From the NCBI GenBank assembly GCA_963715335.1, contig CAVQRZ010000001.1:160001-224000 (forward strand): a DNA stretch of 64,000 nt, read 5' to 3'. This document shows positions 31,644-40,950 of this stretch, piece by piece. The notes below the pieces were generated by a model that did no database searches, had not been told where the DNA came from, and saw only the letters and a list, made by a program, of their open reading frames with translations. The stretch comes from an uncultured delta proteobacterium (lineage in GTDB: Bacteria; Desulfobacterota; Desulfuromonadia; Desulfuromonadales; BM103). The position numbers and the translations under genes are program-made. Numbering within the stretch: position 1 is the stretch's first letter; the number at the start of each line of letters is the position of its first letter.

Positions 31644-32879
31644 ATGAAAAAAGCCTCAACCGACCAGCTCCGATTGCCAGAACGTAGCAGGGCAAAAGAC
31701 CTCTATGAGAAACAGCTGCCTGCGCACCAGACCGCGTTGCAGCAGCTTGCCCAAAAGCTCCGCCTGCTTCTCGAACAGCAGGGACTGACGCCAGCGATCA
31801 AGTTTCGGGTCAAGAGTTTCGAGGCGTACTTCGACAAGCTGCGCAAGCACAACTCCGTCAAGAGCAGCCATCGCATCGTGACTATCAACGACTTTTTCGG
31901 GCTGCGCATCGTCTGTCCTTTCCTTGAAGACGTCGAAACCGTCTCCGCCCTGATTGCAAGCCACTTCGAACTGCTTGAGACCGAAAGCAAGGCCAGCCAG
32001 CACTCGTTCCGCGAGTTCGGTTACGATTCGGTCCACCATTCGATTCGCCTCGCGACGCAACAGCGGGGGCGACTGCTGCCTGGCGTGAGAAGAGTCTGCG
32101 AAATCCAGCTGCGCACCATCCTGCAGGATGCCTGGGCGGAAGTGGAGCATGAGCTGGTCTACAAATCAGACATCTCACTGCCCAACCAGTCGATCCGCCG
32201 CAAGCTGGCATCTCTCAACGCAACGCTGACCCTGTCGGACCTGATCTTCCAGGAGATTCGCGATTATCAGAAGGAGATCCGCAAGTACGACCGCAAGCGA
32301 CGGGCCATTGCCGCCCGCGAGCTCAATGAAGCTGACGATATTGCCATCTCTCACCCCACAGCGACCGAGCCCCCTACCCGAATGGGGCCGTTCCCCTCGA
32401 CCATGGCCAGCCACCTGGAAAAAACCATGCTGCGTGCCCTTGAAGCCCACAGCAACCACGACCTGGAAACCGCGATTGCACTGTACGGTCAGTTGCTTGG
32501 CATGCAACTCGACCGGAAAATACGCGGCCTGGTCTATAACCACCGGGGGATGGCCTACTTTGCCATGGGCAGTTATCAGCGAGCACTGAAAGATTTTGCC
32601 AACGCGATCAAGTATGATCAGAACAGTGAGCGGGGATACGCCAATCGCGGCCTCTGCCACCGGGTTTTGAGAAAGTACGATCGGGCACTGAAGGATTTTG
32701 ACCGGGCCATCAAGATCAACCCTGGCCGTCCCGATAGTTTCTTTGGCCGTGCCCAGACTTATCACGACATGCAGCAATACGCCCAGGCCCGGAGCGACTG
32801 CGAAAAGGCTCTCAACGTTCACTCCGGTTACCAGCCAGCCAGGGAACTGATCAAAACCCTGCAGACTGATCTCGCCTGA
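31644..32879 (+). CDS. RelA/SpoT synthetase-domain protein (small alarmone synthetase-like) fused to C-terminal TPR repeats
   Basis: 'RVKS', 'DFFGLRIV', 'GYDSVH' and 'EIQLRTILQDAWAEVEH', then TPRs 'YNHRGMAYF', 'YANRGLCH' and 'FFGRAQTY'. Confidence 0.85.
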   Translation: MKKASTDQLRLPERSRAKDLYEKQLPAHQTALQQLAQKLRLLLEQQGLTPAIKFRVKSFEAYFDKLRKHNSVKSSHRIVTINDFFGLRIVCPFLEDVETVSALIASHFELLETESKASQHSFREFGYDSVHHSIRLATQQRGRLLPGVRRVCEIQLRTILQDAWAEVEHELVYKSDISLPNQSIRRKLASLNATLTLSDLIFQEIRDYQKEIRKYDRKRRAIAARELNEADDIAISHPTATEPPTRMGPFPSTMASHLEKTMLRALEAHSNHDLETAIALYGQLLGMQLDRKIRGLVYNHRGMAYFAMGSYQRALKDFANAIKYDQNSERGYANRGLCHRVLRKYDRALKDFDRAIKINPGRPDSFFGRAQTYHDMQQYAQARSDCEKALNVHSGYQPARELIKTLQTDLA

Positions 32880-32954
32880 CTGAAACGGTTGCCATCCGGG
32901 GTTCTCCCCGCTATCATGCACATTTGCTGAATTGACACGACCCCGTTGGCCGAT

Positions 32955-33491
32955 ATGCAGACGACTCACAGCGCAGAACAGATCATAAAGCTCGCCGAAG
33001 CAGCCGTTCGTGCAGCAGAAAGTCGCGCCCGTGAACGCTACGCCATCCGGTTACCCGGGGCCGTGATTGATTTTGCTTTGCGCGGACGCTGTGCGGGGCA
33101 GGCAAAGGTCGAACAAAACGGCCGAACGCTTCTGCGCATCAACCTCGAGTTGTTAACGAATAATCTCGATGACTTCCTGAAGCAGACGATCCCCCACGAA
33201 GTGAGTCACCTGGTCGTCAACTGGCAAGCACGAAAAAAGCGCCAACGGCCACGCCCGCACGGCCCGGAATGGCAGGCTGTGATGCGGGACTGTTACAATC
33301 TGCAGCCTGTGCGCTGCCACACTTACGCGACGACCCCCGCACGCATTGTCCCCCGCAATTTCCTCTATCGCTGCAATTGCCGCGAACATCGCTTGACCAG
33401 GATCATGCATAACAGGATGTCTTGCCGCTACCAAGCCTGGTGCAAAGGCTGCAAGACCCATCTCAGGTTTGTTGCCATACTGGCTCGGTAG
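32955..33491 (+). CDS. SprT-family zinc metalloprotease
   Basis: 'LRGRCAG', HExxH 'PHEVSHL', 'HGPEWQAVM' and Zn-ribbon 'YRCNC...CKGC'. Confidence 0.88.
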   Translation: MQTTHSAEQIIKLAEAAVRAAESRARERYAIRLPGAVIDFALRGRCAGQAKVEQNGRTLLRINLELLTNNLDDFLKQTIPHEVSHLVVNWQARKKRQRPRPHGPEWQAVMRDCYNLQPVRCHTYATTPARIVPRNFLYRCNCREHRLTRIMHNRMSCRYQAWCKGCKTHLRFVAILAR

Positions 33492-33506
33492 CAGTCGCGA
33501 CTCCCT

Positions 33507-33533
33507 GTGCTACGATTTGAAAAATCGTAGCAC
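33507..33533. promoter_or_regulatory. Probable NikR operator
   Basis: Palindrome GTGCTAC-N13-GTAGCAC directly upstream of the ECF-transporter promoter. Confidence 0.7.
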
Positions 33534-33540
33534 TTTGCCC

Positions 33541-33569
33541 TTGACGCTGTAGCCTTCCCCCTCTAAAGT
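33541..33569 (+). promoter_or_regulatory. sigma70-type promoter of the ECF operon
   Basis: TTGACG-N17-TAAAGT. Confidence 0.6.
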
Positions 33570-33630
33570 GTTAGACAGACAGGCTTTTGCTGCACAATTA
33601 CCTCATCCCCGAACGCTGGAAGTCGTCAAA

Positions 33631-34635
33631 ATGCACATGGCAGACGCTCTCGTCTCTCCCGCTGTCGGCGCAGCTTTCTGGGCCGCGTCAGCAGGGACAA
33701 TCGCCCTTTGTTCGGCACGGCTGCGAAAACAACTTGACGATCGCAAAATCCCGCTGATGGGGGTTCTCGGGGCGTTTGTTTTTGCCGTCCAGATGATCAA
33801 TTTCACCATTCCGGCAACCGGTTCGAGCGGGCATCTCGGCGGAGGACTACTGCTGGCCATCCTGCTCGGTCCATCTGCAGCCTTCCTGTCAATTACGTCA
33901 GTCCTGATGGTACAGGCCCTCTTCTTTGCCGATGGAGGGCTGCTCGCCCTCGGCTGCAACATCTTCAATCTCGGGGTCTTTCCGGCGTTCGTAGCCTATC
34001 CCTTCATTTACCGGAAACTGATCGGCGAAGCCCCGTCTCAGCCGCGCATGGTCTTTGCCGCGATTATAGCCGCGGTGACCGCCCTGCAGTGCGGATCACT
34101 GGCGGTCGTCTTGCAAACTGTCTTATCCGGCGTCTCTTCCCTGCCTTTTGATGTTTTTATCCTGTTGATGCAGCCGATCCACCTGGCCATCGGTGTGGTT
34201 GAAGGCGTGGCCACGGCCCTGGTCGTCTCATTTGTCTATCGCGCCCGGCCTGAAATCCTCGCCAACATCAAACATGAGAAACCCCTCGGGGAACTGCCGC
34301 TACGTTCGCTATTGGCCATCTTCCTGATTTCAGCAGTATTGATCGGCGGAGTTTTTTCCTGGTTCGCCTCGGAACACCCGGATGGTCTCGAATGGTCGAT
34401 CGCCAGGATCACTGGATCAGACGTACTGCCAAAGACCGGCCTTGACGAGCATCAAGCCCTGGAGGAAATTCAGGAGAAGACGGCCATCTTCCCCGACTAT
34501 GCTCTACCTGACCGAGCAGACCGCGGCAGCAGCCAACGCGTGGGGAAAAGCCTTTCAGGGATCGTCGGTGGAGCCTTGACCCTGGCCATCTGCATTTTGA
34601 CCGGCTTTGCGTTGCGCATGTGGAGAAAACTGTAA
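33631..34635 (+). CDS. Ni/Co ECF transporter substrate component, CbiM/NikM fused to a NikN (PDGLE) domain
   Basis: N-terminal 'MHMADAL', 'GSSGHLGGG', 'QALFFADGG' and 'ASEHPDGLEW'. Confidence 0.9.
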   Translation: MHMADALVSPAVGAAFWAASAGTIALCSARLRKQLDDRKIPLMGVLGAFVFAVQMINFTIPATGSSGHLGGGLLLAILLGPSAAFLSITSVLMVQALFFADGGLLALGCNIFNLGVFPAFVAYPFIYRKLIGEAPSQPRMVFAAIIAAVTALQCGSLAVVLQTVLSGVSSLPFDVFILLMQPIHLAIGVVEGVATALVVSFVYRARPEILANIKHEKPLGELPLRSLLAIFLISAVLIGGVFSWFASEHPDGLEWSIARITGSDVLPKTGLDEHQALEEIQEKTAIFPDYALPDRADRGSSQRVGKSLSGIVGGALTLAICILTGFALRMWRKL

Positions 34636-35447
34636 TGCTGGCCATAGACGGCTCTTTTCTCGACTTCAAGCAGCTCGACCTGCTGGCCCTGCGGCAGACA
34701 GCAATCCACCGGCTCGATCCGAGAGCCAAATTGCTGACCACGCTTGGTTTCATCGTCTGCGTTGTGTCTTTCGGCAAGTACGAGATCTCGGCAATGCTGC
34801 CGTTCCTCATCTATCCAACAGCCCTGGTAGCGGTTGGTGACCTGCCGCCTGGCTACATCCTGCGCAAAATCGTGATTGTCATACCCTTTGCCCTGTTGAT
34901 CGGCCTCTTCAACCCGATTTTCGATCGACAGGTCATCCTGCAGTTCGGCGCCTTCGATATTTGGGGCGGGTGGGTCTCCTGCCTGTCAATCCTCATGCGC
35001 GCCATTCTGACGGCCAGTGTCGCGATCATCCTGATCGCGACAACCGGATTCCCGGCCATCTGTGAGGCTCTGGAAAAGCTGAAGATGCCGCAAACCTTTG
35101 CCGTGCAGCTGCTTTTCCTCTACCGCTACATCTTCGTTCTCACCGATGAAGGCGTCCGCACCGCCCGCGCCAGACAATTGCGGACCTTCGGCCGGCGCGG
35201 TTTCAGCATACGCCACTTCGGCACCCTGACCGGGCACCTGCTGTTACGGACCTGGGAGCGCGCCGAACGAATTCACATGGCGATGCTGGCGCGCGGCTTC
35301 TCCGGCGAAGTTCATTCGAGACGCAGACAAAATCATTTCGGCAAACAGGACCTCTTGTTCACGGTCTGCTGGGTCATTCTGTTTATCCTGCTGCGCCTCT
35401 ACAACGCCCCGCAATTGCTCGGCAGCCTTTTCACCGGGGACATGTAA
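34635..35447 (+). CDS. cbiQ: ECF transporter T component (CbiQ/NikQ)
   Basis: 'IHRLDPRAKL', 'LYRYIFVL' and 'RAERIHMAMLARGF'. TAATG overlap with the upstream gene. Confidence 0.9.
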   Translation: MLAIDGSFLDFKQLDLLALRQTAIHRLDPRAKLLTTLGFIVCVVSFGKYEISAMLPFLIYPTALVAVGDLPPGYILRKIVIVIPFALLIGLFNPIFDRQVILQFGAFDIWGGWVSCLSILMRAILTASVAIILIATTGFPAICEALEKLKMPQTFAVQLLFLYRYIFVLTDEGVRTARARQLRTFGRRGFSIRHFGTLTGHLLLRTWERAERIHMAMLARGFSGEVHSRRRQNHFGKQDLLFTVCWVILFILLRLYNAPQLLGSLFTGDM

Positions 35448-36268
35448 TGAGCCATCATATCGTCGAAACCCGTCATCTCAAGCATGTCTATGCCGATGGC
35501 ACCATTGCATTGAAGGACGTCTCGTTCCGCGTTGAACATGGCGAAGCCGTAGGAATCATCGGCGCCAACGGCGCCGGCAAATCGACCTTGCTGCTGCACC
35601 TAAACGGCTACCTGACCGCAACCTCTGGCAACATTATTATCGGCGATGAACAGCTGACGAAAGCATCCCTGGCGGTCATCAGGCGCACGGTCGGGATGGT
35701 CTTTCAGGACCCGGACGATCAACTCTTCATGCCAACGGTCTATGACGATGTCGCCTTCGGGCCGATCAATCAGGGATTGTCTCCGCAAGAGATTGAAGCC
35801 AGAGTCCGTGAAGCCTTGTTCAGGGTCGAAGCCGATGAATTGCGCGACAAGCCCCCCTATCACCTGTCCGGCGGAGAAAAGAAGCGGGTTGCCGTGGCAA
35901 CCGTACTTTCAATGCGGCCCGAAATTCTGGTGCTGGATGAGCCGACCAACGGCCTCGATCCGCACGCGAGGCGCCAGCTGATAGCCCTGCTCAAGGCCTT
36001 CCACCACACACGGATCATTACCAGTCATGATCTGGACATGGTCCTTGAACTCTGTGAACGCACTATCGTACTGCACGAAGGTGAAGTCATGGCGGATGGC
36101 CCGACTCTGGAGATATTCCAGGATGACGAGTTGCTGAGCACCTGTCGCCTGGAAAAGCCTTTCGCCATGCAGGGCTGCCCGGTCTGCTCCCCGTCCCGCC
36201 GGGCCTATCCGGAGCAGCCTCCTCTAATCGAGCCTCACAGCAGCATTCCGCACGACCACGACCATTGA
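35447..36268 (+). CDS. cbiO: ECF transporter ATPase (CbiO/NikO)
   Basis: 'GANGAGKST', 'FQDPDDQLF', 'LSGGEKKR', 'LDEPT' and a His-rich tail. Confidence 0.9.
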   Translation: MSHHIVETRHLKHVYADGTIALKDVSFRVEHGEAVGIIGANGAGKSTLLLHLNGYLTATSGNIIIGDEQLTKASLAVIRRTVGMVFQDPDDQLFMPTVYDDVAFGPINQGLSPQEIEARVREALFRVEADELRDKPPYHLSGGEKKRVAVATVLSMRPEILVLDEPTNGLDPHARRQLIALLKAFHHTRIITSHDLDMVLELCERTIVLHEGEVMADGPTLEIFQDDELLSTCRLEKPFAMQGCPVCSPSRRAYPEQPPLIEPHSSIPHDHDH

Positions 36269-36559
36269 TCTTTGCACACAGGTGGCGAACACTTTTTTCT
36301 CGTTGTTGAACCATTTTGGCCAGGGGCAAACGGCTTTGCAGCGAACCTGCCAGAGGCAGTCGGCTTTTTAGCCTTGATAAATTTTTTTACTTAGACAAAA
36401 GCGGATAAACGCGCTACCTTGCTCACGGACAAAGGTTAAAAGGTCAGACCATGTGGCGAAAACTCTCCACAAAAGGTAAAATTTAACCAGCGATGCGAAA
36501 AATCCGCCATCAACTGTTTGACAAACGCTGAATATACGAGACGTTTTAAGGCATGCTCC

Positions 36560-36575
36560 TGGCACCAACTTTGCT
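36560..36575 (+). promoter_or_regulatory. sigma54 (-24/-12) promoter of sucCD
   Basis: TGGCAC-CAACT-TTGCT, 72 nt upstream of sucC. Confidence 0.7.
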
Positions 36576-36647
36576 CTAAATCCTAAGCTGATGCCATCCT
36601 GAGAAGGCTGGCGAACCAAACCCATTTCCTGTGGAGGTCAAATTCCC

Positions 36648-37811
36648 ATGAATATTCACGAGTACCAGGCCAAGGCGATCCTGCGTAATTTCGGGGTTCC
36701 GGTCCCGGAAGGTCACGTGGTCTACAACAGCAATTCGGCACGAGACTGGGCCAAGCGCCTGGGCGAAGGGCCTTGGGCGGTCAAGGCGCAAATCCATGCC
36801 GGGGGCCGCGGCAAGGGTGGCGGCGTCAAGATCGCCAAGACCGCCGACGAAGTGAAAAAGTTTGCCAGGAGCATGTTCGGCATGACCCTGGTGACCCACC
36901 AAACCGGCCCCGAGGGCAAAATCGTCAAACGCGTCCTGATCGAGAATGGCTGCAACATCGCTGACGAATTCTACGTTTCCTTCCTGGTCGACCGCGCCAC
37001 TGACAGGGTCACCCTGATGGCTTCGGCCGAAGGGGGTGTGAACATCGAGGAAGTCGCCGCCAAGACCCCGGAGAAACTCTTTTTTGAAGTTATCGATCCG
37101 GTGGTTGGCCTGACGGCATTTCAATCTCGCAAGATTGCCTTCAAACTTGGCTTCGCCATCGCCCAGGTCAAGCAGGCCGTGCCGCTGCTGATGAGCCTTT
37201 ACAAAGCTTTTGTCGAGACCGACTGCTCATTGCTCGAAATCAACCCGCTGGTCCTGACCGGTGAAGGCAAGCTGCTCTGCCTCGATGCCAAGCTGAACCT
37301 TGACGACAATGCGCTGTTCCGTCATCTGCGCATCCGTGACCTGCGCGACTACGATGAAGAGGATGCCAATGAGATCGAGGCCTCGCAATACGACCTCTCT
37401 TACATCGCCCTGGATGGCAACATCGGCTGCATGGTCAATGGTGCCGGCCTGGCCATGGCGACCATGGACATCATCAAGCACTACGGTGGCGACCCGGCCA
37501 ACTTCCTCGACGTAGGTGGCGGCGCCACCATCGAACGCGTCACCGAAGCATTCAAGCTCATCCTCTCCGATGACAAGGTGAAAGGAATTCTGGTCAACAT
37601 CTTCGGCGGCATCATGAAGTGTGACGTCATCGCCACCGGAGTTATCGAAGGGGCGAGACAGCTCGGCGTCAAGGTCCCGCTCGTAGTCCGCCTGGAAGGC
37701 ACCAACGTTGAACTCGGCAAAAAGATGCTCGCCGAATCAGGGCTGAATATCGTCAGCGCAGACGGCATGGCTGATGCTGCCGAAAAAATCGTCAAAGCGG
37801 TTAAAGGTTAG
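36648..37811 (+). CDS. sucC: Succinyl-CoA synthetase beta subunit
   Basis: 'MNIHEYQAK', '[15 protein letters not shown]', '[10 protein letters not shown]', '[10 protein letters not shown]' and '[10 protein letters not shown]'. Confidence 0.97.
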   Translation: MNIHEYQAKAILRNFGVPVPEGHVVYNSNSARDWAKRLGEGPWAVKAQIHAGGRGKGGGVKIAKTADEVKKFARSMFGMTLVTHQTGPEGKIVKRVLIENGCNIADEFYVSFLVDRATDRVTLMASAEGGVNIEEVAAKTPEKLFFEVIDPVVGLTAFQSRKIAFKLGFAIAQVKQAVPLLMSLYKAFVETDCSLLEINPLVLTGEGKLLCLDAKLNLDDNALFRHLRIRDLRDYDEEDANEIEASQYDLSYIALDGNIGCMVNGAGLAMATMDIIKHYGGDPANFLDVGGGATIERVTEAFKLILSDDKVKGILVNIFGGIMKCDVIATGVIEGARQLGVKVPLVVRLEGTNVELGKKMLAESGLNIVSADGMADAAEKIVKAVKG

Positions 37812-37870
37812 GGGAAAGATGAGAGATGAAAGCATGATCCTCACACCTCTTGCCACTACCTCTGACCTGA
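37812..37870. repeat. Degenerate heptamer-periodic inverted repeat between sucC and sucD
   Basis: gaaagat-gagagat-gaaag ... cctcaca-cctcttg-ccacta-cctctga-cct. Confidence 0.4.
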
Positions 37871-37889
37871 ATCAATAGGAGAGAACACG

Positions 37890-38762
37890 ATGAGTATACT
37901 GGTCGACAAAAATACCCGCGTAATTACCCAGGGAATAACCGGCGCCACAGGCCTCTTCCACGCCCAGGGCGCCCGTGACTACGGCACCCAGATGGTCGGC
38001 GGCGTGTCCCCCGGCAAGGGCGGCACCAAGATCGACGGGTTTCCGGTCTTCAATACAGTCGAAGACGCAGTCAAGGCAACCGGCGCCAATGCTTCGGTTA
38101 TCTATGTGCCGCCGATCGGCAGCGCCGACGCTATCATGGAGGCGGTCGATGCTGGCATCGAGGTGGTGATCTGCATCACCGAAGGTGTTCCGGTGCTCGA
38201 CATGGTCAAAGTCAACAGATACATGGAGGGGAAGAATTGTCGCCTGGTCGGCCCAAACTGCCCTGGCGTAATTACCCCGGGAGAGTGCAAAATCGGCATC
38301 ATGCCGGGCTACATCCACAAAAAAGGCCCGGTCGGTGTGGTCTCTCGCTCCGGAACCCTGACCTATGAAGCGGTCTGGCAATTGACCACCCGCAAAATCG
38401 GCCAGACCACCTGCGTCGGCATTGGTGGCGATCCGGTTAACGGCACCAGCCATCTGGATGTACTGAGAATGTTCGAAGACGACCCGGCCACCGAAGCGGT
38501 GATCATGATCGGTGAAATCGGTGGCGACGCCGAAGAGCAGGCGGCCGCATTTGTCCGAGACCACATGACCAAACCGGTGGCGGCATTCATTGCCGGCGCT
38601 ACGGCTCCCACCGGCAAGCGCATGGGTCACGCCGGGGCGATCATCTCGGGTGGCAAGGGGGACGCGGCGAGCAAGATAGCTTTTCTGCGGGAATGCGGAG
38701 TGAGCGTTGCCGACAGCCCGGCGGAAATGGCCGAGGCCCTGTTGAAAATCTGGCAACCCTGA
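37890..38762 (+). CDS. sucD: Succinyl-CoA synthetase alpha subunit
   Basis: 'QGITG', 'GPNCPG', 'SRSGTLTYE' and phospho-His motif 'RMGHAGA'. Confidence 0.97.
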   Translation: MSILVDKNTRVITQGITGATGLFHAQGARDYGTQMVGGVSPGKGGTKIDGFPVFNTVEDAVKATGANASVIYVPPIGSADAIMEAVDAGIEVVICITEGVPVLDMVKVNRYMEGKNCRLVGPNCPGVITPGECKIGIMPGYIHKKGPVGVVSRSGTLTYEAVWQLTTRKIGQTTCVGIGGDPVNGTSHLDVLRMFEDDPATEAVIMIGEIGGDAEEQAAAFVRDHMTKPVAAFIAGATAPTGKRMGHAGAIISGGKGDAASKIAFLRECGVSVADSPAEMAEALLKIWQP

Positions 38763-38848
38763 GCTTGCACCGATATTCGAGTAAAAAAGGACCGGCCTGA
38801 TGGGCGGTCCCGGCTATTGAAAAAGTTCATCCAGACTTCATGATAGAG

Positions 38849-39524
38849 AGGGCAACAGATGGTTAATCTGTTGCCCTCATCCTTTTTTACTTAAGCGTAA
38901 AACCGGCGGCCAGCTCGCCTGGCACCTTATTTTGTTTGTTTACAACGAAAAGAGTTTTACGTTGATCCAGAGAGCACAATGCAACGATTGGCCACCGGGT
39001 CAAGAAGGCCGTACCGCGAGGCCCCCTGTAACGGGCCGGCTCCCCTACACATAAACCATTAGAAACCACGGCAATCATGCGGACGTCTATGCCCAGCGCA
39101 GCGCAGGCCCTTTTCTGCTGACTCTTTTGGGCCAGCAAAAGAGTCAGGCGCCGGAGGGGGCGCACCCCCGGGGTTTGCTTTTGCTTGGTTTATGTGTTTA
39201 AACATAATTCAAAAGATAGAGGACCAGAACCGGCGGGTCGCGTCCCGCCGGACGCCATACTTTTGTCCGGCAACAAAAGTATGCAAAAACGCCTTTCTCC
39301 TAGCGGAGGGCATAGACGTTCTCGAAAGGTTATATGGCTTCCAAAAGCAGCAGAGGAGACGAGCCGGCCCGTTACAGGGGGCCTCGCCGAACTGCCGTCA
39401 ATATGGGGTGGCAGGATCACACTGATGAGACCGATTGCAACCGGCAGGGACGGAACTTAAAACCCTTCCTTTTTGAAGTCCAAAGGATAATGAAAAGGGC
39501 AACAGATTAACCATCTGTTACCCT
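38849..39524. repeat. Nested palindromic non-coding element: REP-like hairpin pair enclosing two inverted copies of a MITE-like repeat
   Basis: 29-bp hairpins at 38849-38877 and 39496-39524 are reverse complements (1 mismatch). There is a 27-bp perfect IR at 39016-39042/39361-39387 and a 12-bp IR at 39083-39094/39308-39319. Confidence 0.85.
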
Positions 39525-39560
39525 AAATTTTCTATAAATCTCACATGTTGCAGCAAGCGC

Positions 39561-39893
39561 CTATTTCGGCTCTATTGGCGAGGCCGGATCCTCTTTGAGT
39601 GGTGAGCCCCAGAACGTTCCCAAAACCTTCTGATCGCGTTGGTTGAGGATAGCGCCCCGTTCAATCATGCGCTGCATGAGCTCTTCGAGGTCGGCCTGCT
39701 GGCCAATCGCCTCATCCACTCTCTCCCTCGTATGACAGATGGTGCAACGAGCTTCAATGGTATTCTGAAACTCGTCGTTCTCCGGCAGGCGGTGAACGTC
39801 GTGCGCGGCCCCTGGGACAGCGGCCGCCGTCACGGGCAAGAGCAGCAGGCCGAGTAACAGCGTCAATCCGCTAAAAAGGCTATTCACGTACAT
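39561..39893 (-). CDS. Small secreted monoheme c-type cytochrome
   Basis: Signal peptide ending 'VTAAA', a single CxxCH 'CTICH' and downstream Met 'MQRM'. Start is uncertain (39893 or GTG 39887). Confidence 0.75.
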   Translation of the reverse strand: MYVNSLFSGLTLLLGLLLLPVTAAAVPGAAHDVHRLPENDEFQNTIEARCTICHTRERVDEAIGQQADLEELMQRMIERGAILNQRDQKVLGTFWGSPLKEDPASPIEPK

Positions 39894-40377
39894 ACGTATC
39901 GATGTCCGTTTCATGGACCATACCCATCAGATGGGCATATTCCGATTCAATAATCGCATAATGGTGCTCTGTCTCCCGGGCCATCCGCTCGAAGACAGCA
40001 CGAACCGCAGGGTCAACGATACGGGCCGCTGTCATTTGCAGGTTTTTGAACAGGTCTTCCTCCTCCGTCATCGCCAGCTCCATGGCCTTGCGCTCATGGA
40101 CATTCTCGTCAAGGGCCTTTTCCAGCTTCTTGAGCATGGCATGACCCTTCGATGGCGGCATAGCAATAAAATCCTCAAAAGAACCGAGGTCGCTGCCGGT
40201 ATAGATTTCGAAAAAATGGCCGGCATGCTCACGTTCTTCCTTGGCCAACTGCTCAAAGACCTTTTTGCCGCGTTCATTATTGGTCAAAGCTGCGGCCTTC
40301 AGATAAAAATCCATTACATCTTTTTCAGTTTGGATTGCCTGCTTGATTGCATCGCGCAGGACCGGTTCCTGGTTCAT
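39880..40377 (-). CDS. Ferritin-like / rubrerythrin-family diiron protein
   Basis: 'AIQTEKD..DFY', 'EEREH', 'AMTEEE' and 'ETEHH' diiron ExxH motifs. Confidence 0.85.
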   Translation of the reverse strand: MNQEPVLRDAIKQAIQTEKDVMDFYLKAAALTNNERGKKVFEQLAKEEREHAGHFFEIYTGSDLGSFEDFIAMPPSKGHAMLKKLEKALDENVHERKAMELAMTEEEDLFKNLQMTAARIVDPAVRAVFERMARETEHHYAIIESEYAHLMGMVHETDIDTYVRE

Positions 40378-40468
40378 GTTGCTCTCCCTTCACGGCGGCA
40401 ATAAACCGCAAAAGCAATGTTTTCAATACAGCGCCGACGAAGAAATCATCGGACCCAATCCATTCAGT

Positions 40469-40855
40469 CTAGTCGTCCAACCTTTCCACCTGCTCTTCGA
40501 CCCATGCATCAATCTTGTCGCCATCACTACCCGCCAGATCGAGGAAACGCATCCCCATCCCCGGCTCATAAGGGCCTTTTTTGTGGAAGTGCCGCTTCCA
40601 GATCACTTCAGAGCGGCAACGGATTACGTGCCTGGGATTGACCGGCAGCGTCAGCTCAATCGTGAAGACTTCGCCCGGCTCGCGGGGCTTCACCGTAGCG
40701 ATGAAAAGCCCTCCCCGGCTGATATCCTTGGCATAGCCGAAAAAAGTTTTCTGGCCGTCTTCAATCGGGATTTTCTCGACGATCAGGGGCACTCGCGTCG
40801 CAAGGCGCTTGTTTTTCTGCTCCGCTTCATACTCTGGGCTGTCGGGTCCACTCAT
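40469..40855 (-). CDS. PilZ-domain protein
   Basis: 'KRLATRVP' (RxxxR), 'DISRGG' (D/NxSxxG) and 'GMGMRF'. Confidence 0.85.
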   Translation of the reverse strand: MSGPDSPEYEAEQKNKRLATRVPLIVEKIPIEDGQKTFFGYAKDISRGGLFIATVKPREPGEVFTIELTLPVNPRHVIRCRSEVIWKRHFHKKGPYEPGMGMRFLDLAGSDGDKIDAWVEEQVERLDD

Positions 40856-40950
40856 CGGCATCCTCTTCGTTCCACCCAAAGGACGGGCAGCATCGGTCGC
40901 GTTCGTTGATCATAGCACAGCTTTTTAGATTTTCGAACGTTTGTCAAGTA

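Noticed and set aside
38849..39524. CRISPR array, intact IS, or the short ORFs called in this interval
   Set aside because: The repeats are inverted and not regularly spaced. No cas or transposase ORF is present, and the ORFs are translations of palindromic DNA with no recognisable motifs.
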